Origin: Gammaproteobacteria bacterium
Lineage (GTDB): Bacteria > Pseudomonadota > Gammaproteobacteria > Eutrophobiales > Eutrophobiaceae
Length of the DNA: 64,000 bases
Direction of reading: 5' to 3'
NCBI GenBank assembly: GCA_965238225.1
Contig: OZ250183.1
Coordinates: 352,001 to 416,000, forward strand
The position numbers and the translations under genes were made by a program. Positions 55,167-64,000 of the stretch are shown here, piece by piece (position 1 is the stretch's first letter; every line of letters begins with the position of its first letter). Below the pieces are notes generated by a model. That model made no database searches and had not been told where the DNA came from. It saw only the letters and a list, made by a program, of their open reading frames with translations.

Positions 55167-56102
55167 ATGGAACTTTTAAAAGAAAAATTAAACATTGATT
55201 TTATGAGTAAGCGTAAGCTTGCCATAATATTTTCTTCTACTCTGCTTGTTTTTTCTATCGTTTCACTTGCCGTAAATGGTTTGAATCTTGGTATTGATTT
55301 TACAGGCGGGACGTTGGTTGAAGTTGGTTACAATGAGGCGGTTGATCTTGAAAGTGTTCGTGCTTCTCTAGCTGCTTCAGAGTTTAGTGAAGCAACTGTT
55401 CAATATTTTGGTAGTGCCAGTGATGTCTTGATTCGTGTTGCACCAAAAGAAGATGTCAACATAGCAGAAATTGGTGGTGCGATTATTGAGCTATTACGTT
55501 CCGATAGGCAGACAGTAGAAATGCGACGTATTGAATTTGTCGGGCCTCAGGTTGGCGATGAGCTGATAGAAGATGGGGGCTTGGCGATGTTATATGCTTT
55601 GCTAGGGGTTCTTATTTATGTCGCTTTGCGTTTTCAGATGCGTTTTTCTTTCGGAGCAATCGCTGCGTTGATTCATGATGTCATCATTACTGTCGGTATA
55701 TTTTCAATCATGCAGATGGCTTTTGATTTAACTGTTCTTGCAGCATTACTGGCTGTGATTGGTTATTCATTAAACGATACTATTGTGGTGTTTGATCGCA
55801 TTCGTGAAAATTTCTATAAAATGCGTAAAGCAACTCCGATTGAAGTAATAAATGCTTCATTAAATCAGACACTTAGTCGAACTATTATGACATCTGTTAC
55901 AACTTTGCTTGTATTAATGGCTCTGTTTCTTGTTGGCGGTAAAATCATTCATGGGTTTTCAACCGCATTGATTATTGGTGTTTTGATCGGAACTTATTCA
56001 TCTATGTTTGTGGCAAGTCCGGTAACTCTGTTTTTGGGTATTACTAAAGAAGGCTTGATGCCTGTAAAGAAAGAAGGCGTAGATCAGAAAAGCTATACCT
56101 AG
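55167..56102 (+). CDS. secF: Protein translocase subunit SecF
   Basis: GIDFTGG, VGPQVG, HDV, GYSLNDTIVVFDRIREN. Confidence 0.97.
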   Translation: MELLKEKLNIDFMSKRKLAIIFSSTLLVFSIVSLAVNGLNLGIDFTGGTLVEVGYNEAVDLESVRASLAASEFSEATVQYFGSASDVLIRVAPKEDVNIAEIGGAIIELLRSDRQTVEMRRIEFVGPQVGDELIEDGGLAMLYALLGVLIYVALRFQMRFSFGAIAALIHDVIITVGIFSIMQMAFDLTVLAALLAVIGYSLNDTIVVFDRIRENFYKMRKATPIEVINASLNQTLSRTIMTSVTTLLVLMALFLVGGKIIHGFSTALIIGVLIGTYSSMFVASPVTLFLGITKEGLMPVKKEGVDQKSYT

Positions 56103-56179
56103 AAAATGATAGATGCTGAGTGACACAGTTTATCGCTGTAATTTTTTCTACTTAATCAGAAACTAAAGCTATTTTTCTG

Positions 56180-57346
56180 ATGAAAATTGTTGCTGATCAA
56201 CAAATCCCCTATGCAGCGCAAGCGTTTTCAGAATTCGCAAAAGTAACGATTTGTAATGGGCGTGAAATGACCGCTGAAAGCATTCAGGATGCGGATGTTC
56301 TTTTGGTGCGGTCTGTCACTGCTGTTAATGCAAATTTACTTGAAGGCAGCGATGTTAAGTTTGTTGCTTCGGTCACCAGCGGTCTGAGCCATATTGATCT
56401 AGGTTATTTACAAGAAAACGACATCGGTTTTGCCCATGCGCAAGGCAGTAATGCCAGATCTGTCGCTGAATATATCTTTAGCAGTCTTTTTGTTCTTGCA
56501 GATCAGTACGATTTTAATTTTCAAGATAAAACTATCGGGGTCATTGGCTGTGGTGAGGTGGGTTCTAATGTCGTTAAGTTGCTTGAGACAATGGGCGTTA
56601 AAATTATTATAAATGATCCACCATTAAAAAATGCATGTGCAAATGACATAGACGCTGGTGAAAAATATCGTGATCTTCAAGAATTATTTCCCGCGGATAT
56701 TATCACCCTGCATGTTCCTTTGACAAAAAATGGATCTTATCCAACGCATAATCTGGTTGATAAAATATTCTTAAGTCAATTAAATGACGATGTCATTTTA
56801 TTAAATACTGCGCGTGGCGGAGTCATTGATGAAGTTGCGTTAAAAAATCATCTGGCAAGTCATGGGTCTATGAAAGTGGTATTGGATGTCTGGAAAGATG
56901 AGCCGGATATTGATTTAGATTTACTTGCACAAAGTGCCATAGGTACGCCGCATATCGCTGGCTATAGCACTGATGGGAAGCTTTGTGCAATAGAGATGAT
57001 TTTTGAATCTATTTGTAATTTTTTTAAATTGGATTACAAGTGGAATTCAGCCCTTAAGTTGCCTGATGCTAATAGTCTTTTGTTACCTTTTACGTCTGCA
57101 TCAGATGATAAAGATGTGATACGAATGGCTGTTCTAGCAAGTTATGATGTCAGGAGCGACAGCGTCGCGTTAAAATGCTTACCTGAAGTTGATGTTGAAC
57201 AACGTGGCCATTACTTTGATGCACTAAGGAAAAATTACCCCGTAAGAAGGGAGTTTCCAACGACGCTATTGCATTTGCCTGCCAACAGGAAAATCTTAAT
57301 TGTAAAATTGCAACAACTGGGATTTAATGTGAAGACATTTTCGTGA
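56180..57346 (+). CDS. pdxB: 4-phosphoerythronate dehydrogenase
   Basis: LLVRSVT, NA.SVAEY, GCGEVG, LHVPL, NTARG, DVW..EP, TPHIAGYS.DGK, FD.LRK.YP.RRE. Confidence 0.93.
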   Translation: MKIVADQQIPYAAQAFSEFAKVTICNGREMTAESIQDADVLLVRSVTAVNANLLEGSDVKFVASVTSGLSHIDLGYLQENDIGFAHAQGSNARSVAEYIFSSLFVLADQYDFNFQDKTIGVIGCGEVGSNVVKLLETMGVKIIINDPPLKNACANDIDAGEKYRDLQELFPADIITLHVPLTKNGSYPTHNLVDKIFLSQLNDDVILLNTARGGVIDEVALKNHLASHGSMKVVLDVWKDEPDIDLDLLAQSAIGTPHIAGYSTDGKLCAIEMIFESICNFFKLDYKWNSALKLPDANSLLLPFTSASDDKDVIRMAVLASYDVRSDSVALKCLPEVDVEQRGHYFDALRKNYPVRREFPTTLLHLPANRKILIVKLQQLGFNVKTFS

Positions 57347-57948
57347 ATTCTATAGAGAAAAAAATAAGGCTTGGTTTTTTAGCTTCCGGTCACGGCAGTA
57401 ATATGATCGCCATTTTCAATCATTGTAAAGCAGGCAACCTTGATGCTGAACCTGCTGTGGTGATAAGTAATAATTCAGATTCAGGCGCACTGGAGTACGC
57501 GCGTGAAAAGCAAATTCCTGCATTTCATTTGAGTACACGGACACATCCGGAAAAACTTGATAGTGTGATCACAGATACATTAAAATCCCACGCTGTGGAA
57601 TGGATCATTCTTGCGGGTTATATGAAGAAGATTAGTCCTTATTTACTCGAAGAATTCCAAGGTAAGATTTTCAATATCCACCCATCTCTTTTACCCAAAT
57701 ACGGCGGCAAAGGAATGTTTGGGAATCATGTGCACAAATCTGTTCTTGACTCGGGCGATTTTGAAACCGGAGTCACTATCCATCTGGTAAATGGCGAGTA
57801 CGATGAGGGTAGAATTTTGGCACAGAAAAAAGTTTATGTGAAAGCGGGCGATACCCCAGAAACATTGGCAGCAAGGGTTCTGAAGGTTGAGCATGAGCTT
57901 TATTCTAAGGTTTTGCAGCGTGTTGTTGCAGGCGAGGTTAGATTGTAA
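57343..57948 (+). CDS. purN: Phosphoribosylglycinamide formyltransferase
   Basis: SGHGSN, LAGYM, NIHPSLLP, G.T.HLV...YDEG, EH.LY. Confidence 0.93.
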   Translation: MNSIEKKIRLGFLASGHGSNMIAIFNHCKAGNLDAEPAVVISNNSDSGALEYAREKQIPAFHLSTRTHPEKLDSVITDTLKSHAVEWIILAGYMKKISPYLLEEFQGKIFNIHPSLLPKYGGKGMFGNHVHKSVLDSGDFETGVTIHLVNGEYDEGRILAQKKVYVKAGDTPETLAARVLKVEHELYSKVLQRVVAGEVRL

Positions 57949-58031
57949 TTTAGATTTTTGTTTGTCATTCATCTCGCCTCTTACCAGTTAAGATATTTTA
58001 TCTTTAAAGTACAGGCTAAAAAAAGTATCTA

Positions 58032-58065
58032 AAGGTTGTAAAAAGAAACCTTATTGTATAACAAT
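58032..58065. promoter_or_regulatory. Candidate TA operator inverted repeats
   Basis: AAGGTT-N9-AACCTT (58032-58052) and ATTGT-ATA-ACAAT (58053-58065) just upstream of the antitoxin. Confidence 0.35.
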
Positions 58066-58102
58066 CGAAATGAGTTAAAAACCCGAGATGGGGGGTAGCT
58101 TT

Positions 58103-58321
58103 ATGGCCAAGGCAATAAAACTGTCTGATGAATTGGTTGCAGATGCTACTGCGCACGCTAAAATTCACTATAGAACACCGCCACGCCAGATTAAATACTG
58201 GGCGAGGATAGGAAAAATCGCGGAAGAAAATCCAGATTTACCTCTGGGTTTTGTTAAGGATATTTTAATAGCGGTAGAAGAAAGCGATGTTGGTGATGTG
58301 TCTCAATATCAATTTGGATGA
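58103..58321 (+). CDS. ParD-like type II antitoxin
   Basis: AIKLSDELV..A......RT.P.QI.YWARIGKIAEENPDLP..F..DIL; G-rich RBS before ATG 58103. Confidence 0.85.
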   Translation: MAKAIKLSDELVADATAHAKIHYRTPPRQIKYWARIGKIAEENPDLPLGFVKDILIAVEESDVGDVSQYQFG

Positions 58322-58345
58322 AAATTGAATAACGAGAATTAAATA

Positions 58346-58622
58346 ATGAAGGTTGAACAAACCAGATTTTTTTGGTGGCAGAGTTAAAAAACTTAAGGTT
58401 GATGAAAAAAAATCTCTTGATAAGGCGATTAAGGAAATTATGAGCGATCCTGATATAGGCGCAATGAAAGCGGGTGATTTATCCGGTGTGCAGGTTTATA
58501 AGCACAGGCATAATGCGCAGCAATATTTATTGGCCTACCGCGTTAAAGAAAAAGGCACTCTGTTAGAATTGCTTGAACTAGGGTCGCATGAAAATTTTTA
58601 TCGTGACCTTAAGCGGAAATGA
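58346..58622 (+). pseudogene. ParE/RelE-like toxin with a +1 frameshift in a T7 run
   Basis: ATG 58346 MKVEQTRFF then out of frame; removing one T (58367-58373) joins it to GGRVKKL..LDKAI..I...PDIG..K.GDL.GV.VYK..LLAY..GSHENFYRDLK. Confidence 0.75.
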
Positions 58623-58690
58623 TCAGTTAAGGAAATTCAAATAAGAACAGGACGGAATCGCTTGTAAATTATCTTGGTGTCAGAGGCAAA

Positions 58691-59182
58691 TCAGATTTTG
58701 TGCCGTTGAAATTCACCAATAGTTTTATTTTTAAAAACCTCATCATGCTGAAACAGCTTGCCATTCATGGTGATATAGACACCATTTTTTAAAGTTTGCA
58801 CGGAAGCTATAGCACAACCCAGATTAAATAAGGCATCAGATTTTTTGAATTGGTAAGGCATCATTGCGCCAAGCAGAACAATCGTTTTGTCTTTTACTTT
58901 GGCACCAAGCACCTGACTGGTTTCAACCATAGTATCAGTGCCATGGGTAATGACTATTTTAGATTCATTGCAGCCCAGACAGGAGCTTAGAATTTTCTGT
59001 CTGTCATTATCATCCATATCCAAGCTGTCTTTTAACATGACAGTTTCGTATGAAATATCCAGCTTGACTCTGCCTTGCGATAGCATATTCTGAACGCCAG
59101 ATTGAGTAAATATCAGCTCACCATTCAATTCATTGTATTGCTTGTCGATGGTGCCACCAGTAATCAATAGCCTTATTGTCAT
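58691..59182 (-). CDS. Short asparaginase-domain protein
   Basis: ITGGTIDK and THGTDTM catalytic Thr motifs; N-terminal domain only. Confidence 0.88.
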   Translation of the reverse strand: MTIRLLITGGTIDKQYNELNGELIFTQSGVQNMLSQGRVKLDISYETVMLKDSLDMDDNDRQKILSSCLGCNESKIVITHGTDTMVETSQVLGAKVKDKTIVLLGAMMPYQFKKSDALFNLGCAIASVQTLKNGVYITMNGKLFQHDEVFKNKTIGEFQRHKI

Positions 59183-59402
59183 AAGATTCTGCAAGTTCAC
59201 CGCATGTGAGATTATAGAGGATTATAACTGTATTCTATTATCGACAAGCAGGCAATTATCGGTAAGGCTAATTTGTTGTCAATGCAGGTTGACTCAGTAA
59301 GGTCTGTCAATGAGAATTATACGTTCCCAAATATGGGGTAAGGAGGAGTTTCGCCATTTTCGCCATCAATAATAATGACAAGATAATACTGAAAAGATAC
59401 TC

Positions 59403-61907
59403 ATGATTTATTTTATAAAAAATTGCTATCGCAGCATGGTATTTAATCATCCTATTTTTACTATATTTTTATTACTTTTGCTATTCGCTTTCTTTGTTTC
59501 CCATGTAGAAGATTTTAAGCTGGATGCTTCAGCGGATGCCTTATTACTTGAGAATGATAATGATCTAAAAATATTTCGTGAATTGAATGACAGGTATGCC
59601 ACCAACGATTTTCTTTTAGTTATTTTTACGCCTAATCAGGATTTATTTTCCGATAGTTATCTGCATATCATCGCCAGTTTAAGAGACGAATTGAAACAAC
59701 TGGAATCAACCGAGTCTGTTACTACTTTACTGGATGCGCCGTTGTTAAAACAGGCAGAGGGCTCACTATCTGAGCTGGTTAGCAATTATCGAACATTGGA
59801 ATCTAAGGATATTGATAAGCTAAAAGCTAAGACCGAACTGATCACAAGCCCGATATTCAAGGAGCTGCTCATTAGCTTAGATGGCAGTACCACTGCTTTG
59901 CAGATTAATCTTAAAGGCGATGACACATTTCGAGCATTATTACACAAGAAAAATACACTGCTTTTAAAGCGAGATGAAGGCTCATTGACAACGGATGAAA
60001 GTTTGCAGATCGAAAATATCGCTAAAAAATATCAGGCGCGCAAGACTGAAATAAATAAAAAAGCTCATAAAACCATCATTGATATTCGTGCAATCATGCA
60101 GAAATATGAAAAATTTGGAGTGTTGCATCTTGGTGGCGTGACCATGATCTCCGATGACATGGTTACTTTTATCAAAAAAGATCTAGCTGTCTTTGGTTTT
60201 GGTGTTTTTGTCTTCCTTGTCGTTATGTTGCGTATTATTTTTGGGAATGTTCGTTGGGTAACATTACCATTATTGAGTTGTGTTTATGCTGGTGTGTTAA
60301 TGATTGGTTTGTTAGGATTTGTTGGTTGGAATGTTACGGTGATATCTTCTAATTTTATTTCTTTGATGTTGATTATCACTATGTCGATGAATATTCATTT
60401 AATAGTTCGTTATCGACAGTTATGTGAAGATTTCCCTGATTTAAATCAGAAAGATCTGGCCATGAAAATGATCGGAAAGATGGTTTGGCCATGTTTTTAT
60501 ACCACGCTGACGACAATCATGGCCTTCAGTTCTCTTATCGCGAGCGGTATCAAACCAGTCATAGATTTTGGCTGGATGATGACGACAGGTTTGACGGTTA
60601 CATTTGCCACAACCTTTTTCTTATTTCCCGCCTTGTTGATTCTAATGAAAAAGCCTGAATCTGAACGAAGACAGGAAGATAATTTTCAGATAATGTCAGT
60701 TCTGTCTGCGTTAACAGTGAACTACGGTGGCAAAATTCTATTTTCATCTGTTGTTTTATTTATTGTCAGTATCATCGGAATTTCAAAACTCGAAGTAGAG
60801 AATAGTTTTATTGATTATTTTAGCAAAGATACTGAAATCTATCGCGGTCTTAAGTTGATAGATGATAAATTAGGTGGCACGACATCTCTTGATATCATTC
60901 TGAAATTTTCAGAAGAAATTGAAGATCAAGTTATTGAGGATGATTCCGATGAAGAAGATGGCTTTGATTTTGATAGCGCAGATGAAGATCCAGCAGACTA
61001 CTGGTTTACACCGGATAAAGTGAATGAAGTCAAAATGATCCATAATTATTTGGAGGGCTTGCCTGCTGTTGGCAAGGTACTTTCATTGGCTTCCTTTATT
61101 CGTGTTGGCGAAGATATAAACCAGGGCGAGTTCAATGCCTTTGAATTGGCTATCGCCTATAAGTTTATGCCAGCGACATTGAAGTCGAGTATGATAGAGC
61201 CTTATATCTCAATTGATGATAATGAAGCACGGATTAACCTGCGTATTCATGATTCTCTTGAAAATTTACGTCGCAAAGAATTGCTCGAACAGATTCATTC
61301 TGATTTAACCAGTAAGTTGGGGTTTTCTGAAAATCGGATTGTCATTTCTGGGCTTTTAGTGCTGTATAACAATATGTTGCAGAGTTTATTTGACTCTCAG
61401 ATTTTGACTCTGGGTATGGTTATGATTGGGATTTTCTTAATGCTACTGGTGCTTTTTCGTTCAATTTCTCTGGCAATTATTGGCATTATCCCAAATATTC
61501 TGGCATCGGGTATTATTCTCGGCTTGATGGGGTTTCTTCGGATTCCCCTTGATATGATGACCATCACCATTGCAGCAATAACGATTGGCATTGCAGTGGA
61601 TAATTCTATCCATTATATATATCGATTCAGGGAGGAATTTACCAAGAATCAAGATTATATCGAGACTCTACATTATTGTCATGCAAATATTGGCAAGGCT
61701 GTTTTCTATAATGCCATTACTATTATCATCGGGTTTTCCATGTTGGTTTTGTCTAATTTTATCCCGACTATCTATTTTGGTATATTGACAGCATTCGCCA
61801 TGCTAATTGCCTTATTGGCAGCATTGACCTTATTGCCAAAATTGATTTTAGTCTGGAAGCCGTTCACAATTCCATCCATATCTGATACACATGCAGAGGT
61901 GAAATAA
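59403..61907 (+). CDS. MMPL/RND family transporter
   Basis: Two TM halves with large periplasmic loops; F.LDASAD.L, VENSFI.YF, GIAVDNSIHY..RF.EE. Confidence 0.9.
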   Translation: MIYFIKNCYRSMVFNHPIFTIFLLLLLFAFFVSHVEDFKLDASADALLLENDNDLKIFRELNDRYATNDFLLVIFTPNQDLFSDSYLHIIASLRDELKQLESTESVTTLLDAPLLKQAEGSLSELVSNYRTLESKDIDKLKAKTELITSPIFKELLISLDGSTTALQINLKGDDTFRALLHKKNTLLLKRDEGSLTTDESLQIENIAKKYQARKTEINKKAHKTIIDIRAIMQKYEKFGVLHLGGVTMISDDMVTFIKKDLAVFGFGVFVFLVVMLRIIFGNVRWVTLPLLSCVYAGVLMIGLLGFVGWNVTVISSNFISLMLIITMSMNIHLIVRYRQLCEDFPDLNQKDLAMKMIGKMVWPCFYTTLTTIMAFSSLIASGIKPVIDFGWMMTTGLTVTFATTFFLFPALLILMKKPESERRQEDNFQIMSVLSALTVNYGGKILFSSVVLFIVSIIGISKLEVENSFIDYFSKDTEIYRGLKLIDDKLGGTTSLDIILKFSEEIEDQVIEDDSDEEDGFDFDSADEDPADYWFTPDKVNEVKMIHNYLEGLPAVGKVLSLASFIRVGEDINQGEFNAFELAIAYKFMPATLKSSMIEPYISIDDNEARINLRIHDSLENLRRKELLEQIHSDLTSKLGFSENRIVISGLLVLYNNMLQSLFDSQILTLGMVMIGIFLMLLVLFRSISLAIIGIIPNILASGIILGLMGFLRIPLDMMTITIAAITIGIAVDNSIHYIYRFREEFTKNQDYIETLHYCHANIGKAVFYNAITIIIGFSMLVLSNFIPTIYFGILTAFAMLIALLAALTLLPKLILVWKPFTIPSISDTHAEVK

Positions 61908-62109
61908 TTTTTTCGTTTTGAACCTTTTTTTCTTAAGTGGAACTAATTAAAATATAATTTTTCGCCAAATTAATATCATTGATCAAAATATCTATCAGGT
62001 TTATATTGATTAGGGTTATGTTAAATTATGGTCATTTCAAAATATTGAGAGGCTCAGTCAGGATAATGAACTGGAGAAGAAATTTAAGAAGTCATCCTTA
62101 TATATTAAG

Positions 62110-62775
62110 ATGAAGGTTCTTTTAATGAAAAAAATAATGAAAAAAATAATATCCCCAATAATTTTTGGGTATTTGATATTTTTATTCAGCACAGCGCAAG
62201 CGGATATTCAGGCAGCTGAAAAGGTGGTGATGCATACTGTGGATACAGTGCTTGAGCGACTGTCTACTGAGCGCGAAGCGTTTGATTCTGACCCTAAAAG
62301 GATCTATGACTTAGTGAATGAAGTAATTATTCCCAACTTTGATTTTATTAATATGTCAAGATGGGTTCTGGGTAAAGAGATTTGGCGTGCTGCTTCCGCA
62401 ACCCAACAGCAACAATTTGTCTCTGAGTTCAGGACTTTACTGATTCGTACTTATGTCAAGACTCTTCTGGAATATTCTACCTTGCTGGGATATTCTAATA
62501 AGGCAATAGAATATTTGCCTGTGAAAGAAAATCCTGATTCAAATCTGACCGTAGTAAAAACGAGAATGAGTAAAGCAACAGGTGCTGTATCAGTTGATTA
62601 CCGTATGCGTATTAATGGCGGTAAATGGAAAATCGTTGATCTCGTTGTTGATCATGTCAGTCTAGTTAAGATTTACCGTGGATCGTTTGTCTCTGAAATC
62701 AAAAAGAATGGACTTGATTCTACGATCAAAAGATTGTCGGAACGCAATGCAGATATAATTAATCCCCCTAGATAA
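62110..62775 (+). CDS. mlaC: MlaC/Ttg2D family lipid-binding periplasmic protein
   Basis: Signal peptide (AQA), P.FDF..MSR.VLG..W, F..LLIRTY, VDYR, WK..D.....VSLV..YR..F. Confidence 0.88.
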   Translation: MKVLLMKKIMKKIISPIIFGYLIFLFSTAQADIQAAEKVVMHTVDTVLERLSTEREAFDSDPKRIYDLVNEVIIPNFDFINMSRWVLGKEIWRAASATQQQQFVSEFRTLLIRTYVKTLLEYSTLLGYSNKAIEYLPVKENPDSNLTVVKTRMSKATGAVSVDYRMRINGGKWKIVDLVVDHVSLVKIYRGSFVSEIKKNGLDSTIKRLSERNADIINPPR

Positions 62776-62986
62776 TACACTTGCCATCTGATATTTTTGT
62801 TATCTTTCATCCGCTACCACATAATTAACAGCATTAAATGCTTTTGCCTTCGCGTATCAATTCTTTAATGCTGAAATCTTATTAAATCATGTAAACTGCC
62901 TCGTGATTTGTTTAAGTTAAACAGAAATACACAGGCCGATTTTTCTGTTTATATTAATTTTTTTATTGGATTTTGAGGAGCGACAC

Positions 62987-63247
62987 ATGCAGGTTGAAGA
63001 AATCAAAGAGCAGATCGAGCAAGGGCTTGCTGATTGTGAGGTATTTGTGGAAGGGGATGGGCGTCATTTTCAGGTCATCGTTATTAGTGATGAATTTTCA
63101 GGAAAAAACATGGTACAACAGCATCAGCTGGTTTATAAGACTTTGGGGGATAAGGTTGGTGGTGATATACATGCCCTGTCAATTGACACATACACTAAAG
63201 AAGAGTGGCAACAACAGAAAAACCTTCAAGGAATTCAAATAAGCTAG
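62987..63247 (+). CDS. ibaG: BolA/IbaG family protein
   Basis: GDGRHF, F.GK..VQQHQLVY, IHALSI.TYT.EEW; GAGGAG RBS; upstream of murA. Confidence 0.88.
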   Translation: MQVEEIKEQIEQGLADCEVFVEGDGRHFQVIVISDEFSGKNMVQQHQLVYKTLGDKVGGDIHALSIDTYTKEEWQQQKNLQGIQIS

Positions 63248-63252
63248 ATTAA

Positions 63253-64000
<748 letters not shown>

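Noticed and set aside
56180-57346. Divergent ASVTSGLSH segment in PdxB suggesting changed specificity
   Set aside because: Catalytic R, E and H motifs and the C-terminal dimerisation motif are intact; treated as ordinary divergence
62776-62920. Possible mlaB (STAS) remnant after mlaC
   Set aside because: Only a vague hydrophobic resemblance with stops and no DSxG motif; unsupported without a search

Overview
A 64 kb stretch of an AT-rich gammaproteobacterial chromosome, mostly conserved housekeeping blocks: qmcA-nfeD, queG, perM-bcp-dapA-bamC, der-bamB-yfgM-hisS-rodZ-pilW-rlmN-ndk, an iscR-headed sufABCDSUT-Rieske operon, cysE-valS-holC-pepA/lptFG, pcnB-folK-dgk-panBCD, queA-tgt-yajC-secDF, pdxB-purN and MMPL-mlaC-bolA-murA. 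It also holds tRNA-Glu(CUC) and tRNA-Leu(CAA). Many non-essential genes survive only as relics that the ORF track misses or splits: a ModE-like regulator, a DksA/TraR zinc finger, gcvR, DUF58/TgpA and Fic, plus frameshifted Rieske, msbA-like and ParE-like genes. This suggests ongoing genome erosion, as in a host-restricted lineage (inference). Accessory DNA comprises a ~7.8 kb block between cysE and iscR (an orphan DUF2971/ART-like ORF and a very AT-rich ELM1 + 2OG-Fe(II) oxygenase pair that reads like SAR11 DNA), a relic island beside tRNA-Glu (solo attC-like site, Fic fragment, 40-nt periodic palindromes), a type III R-M system abutting tRNA-Leu, and a ParD/ParE-like TA pair. The best candidates for undescribed biology are the SAR11-like cassette, the MMPL-MlaC pair sitting where mlaFED normally is, the orphan ART-like ORF and the ModE-like/porin module. 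All assignments come from motif recognition by eye; no database searches were run.
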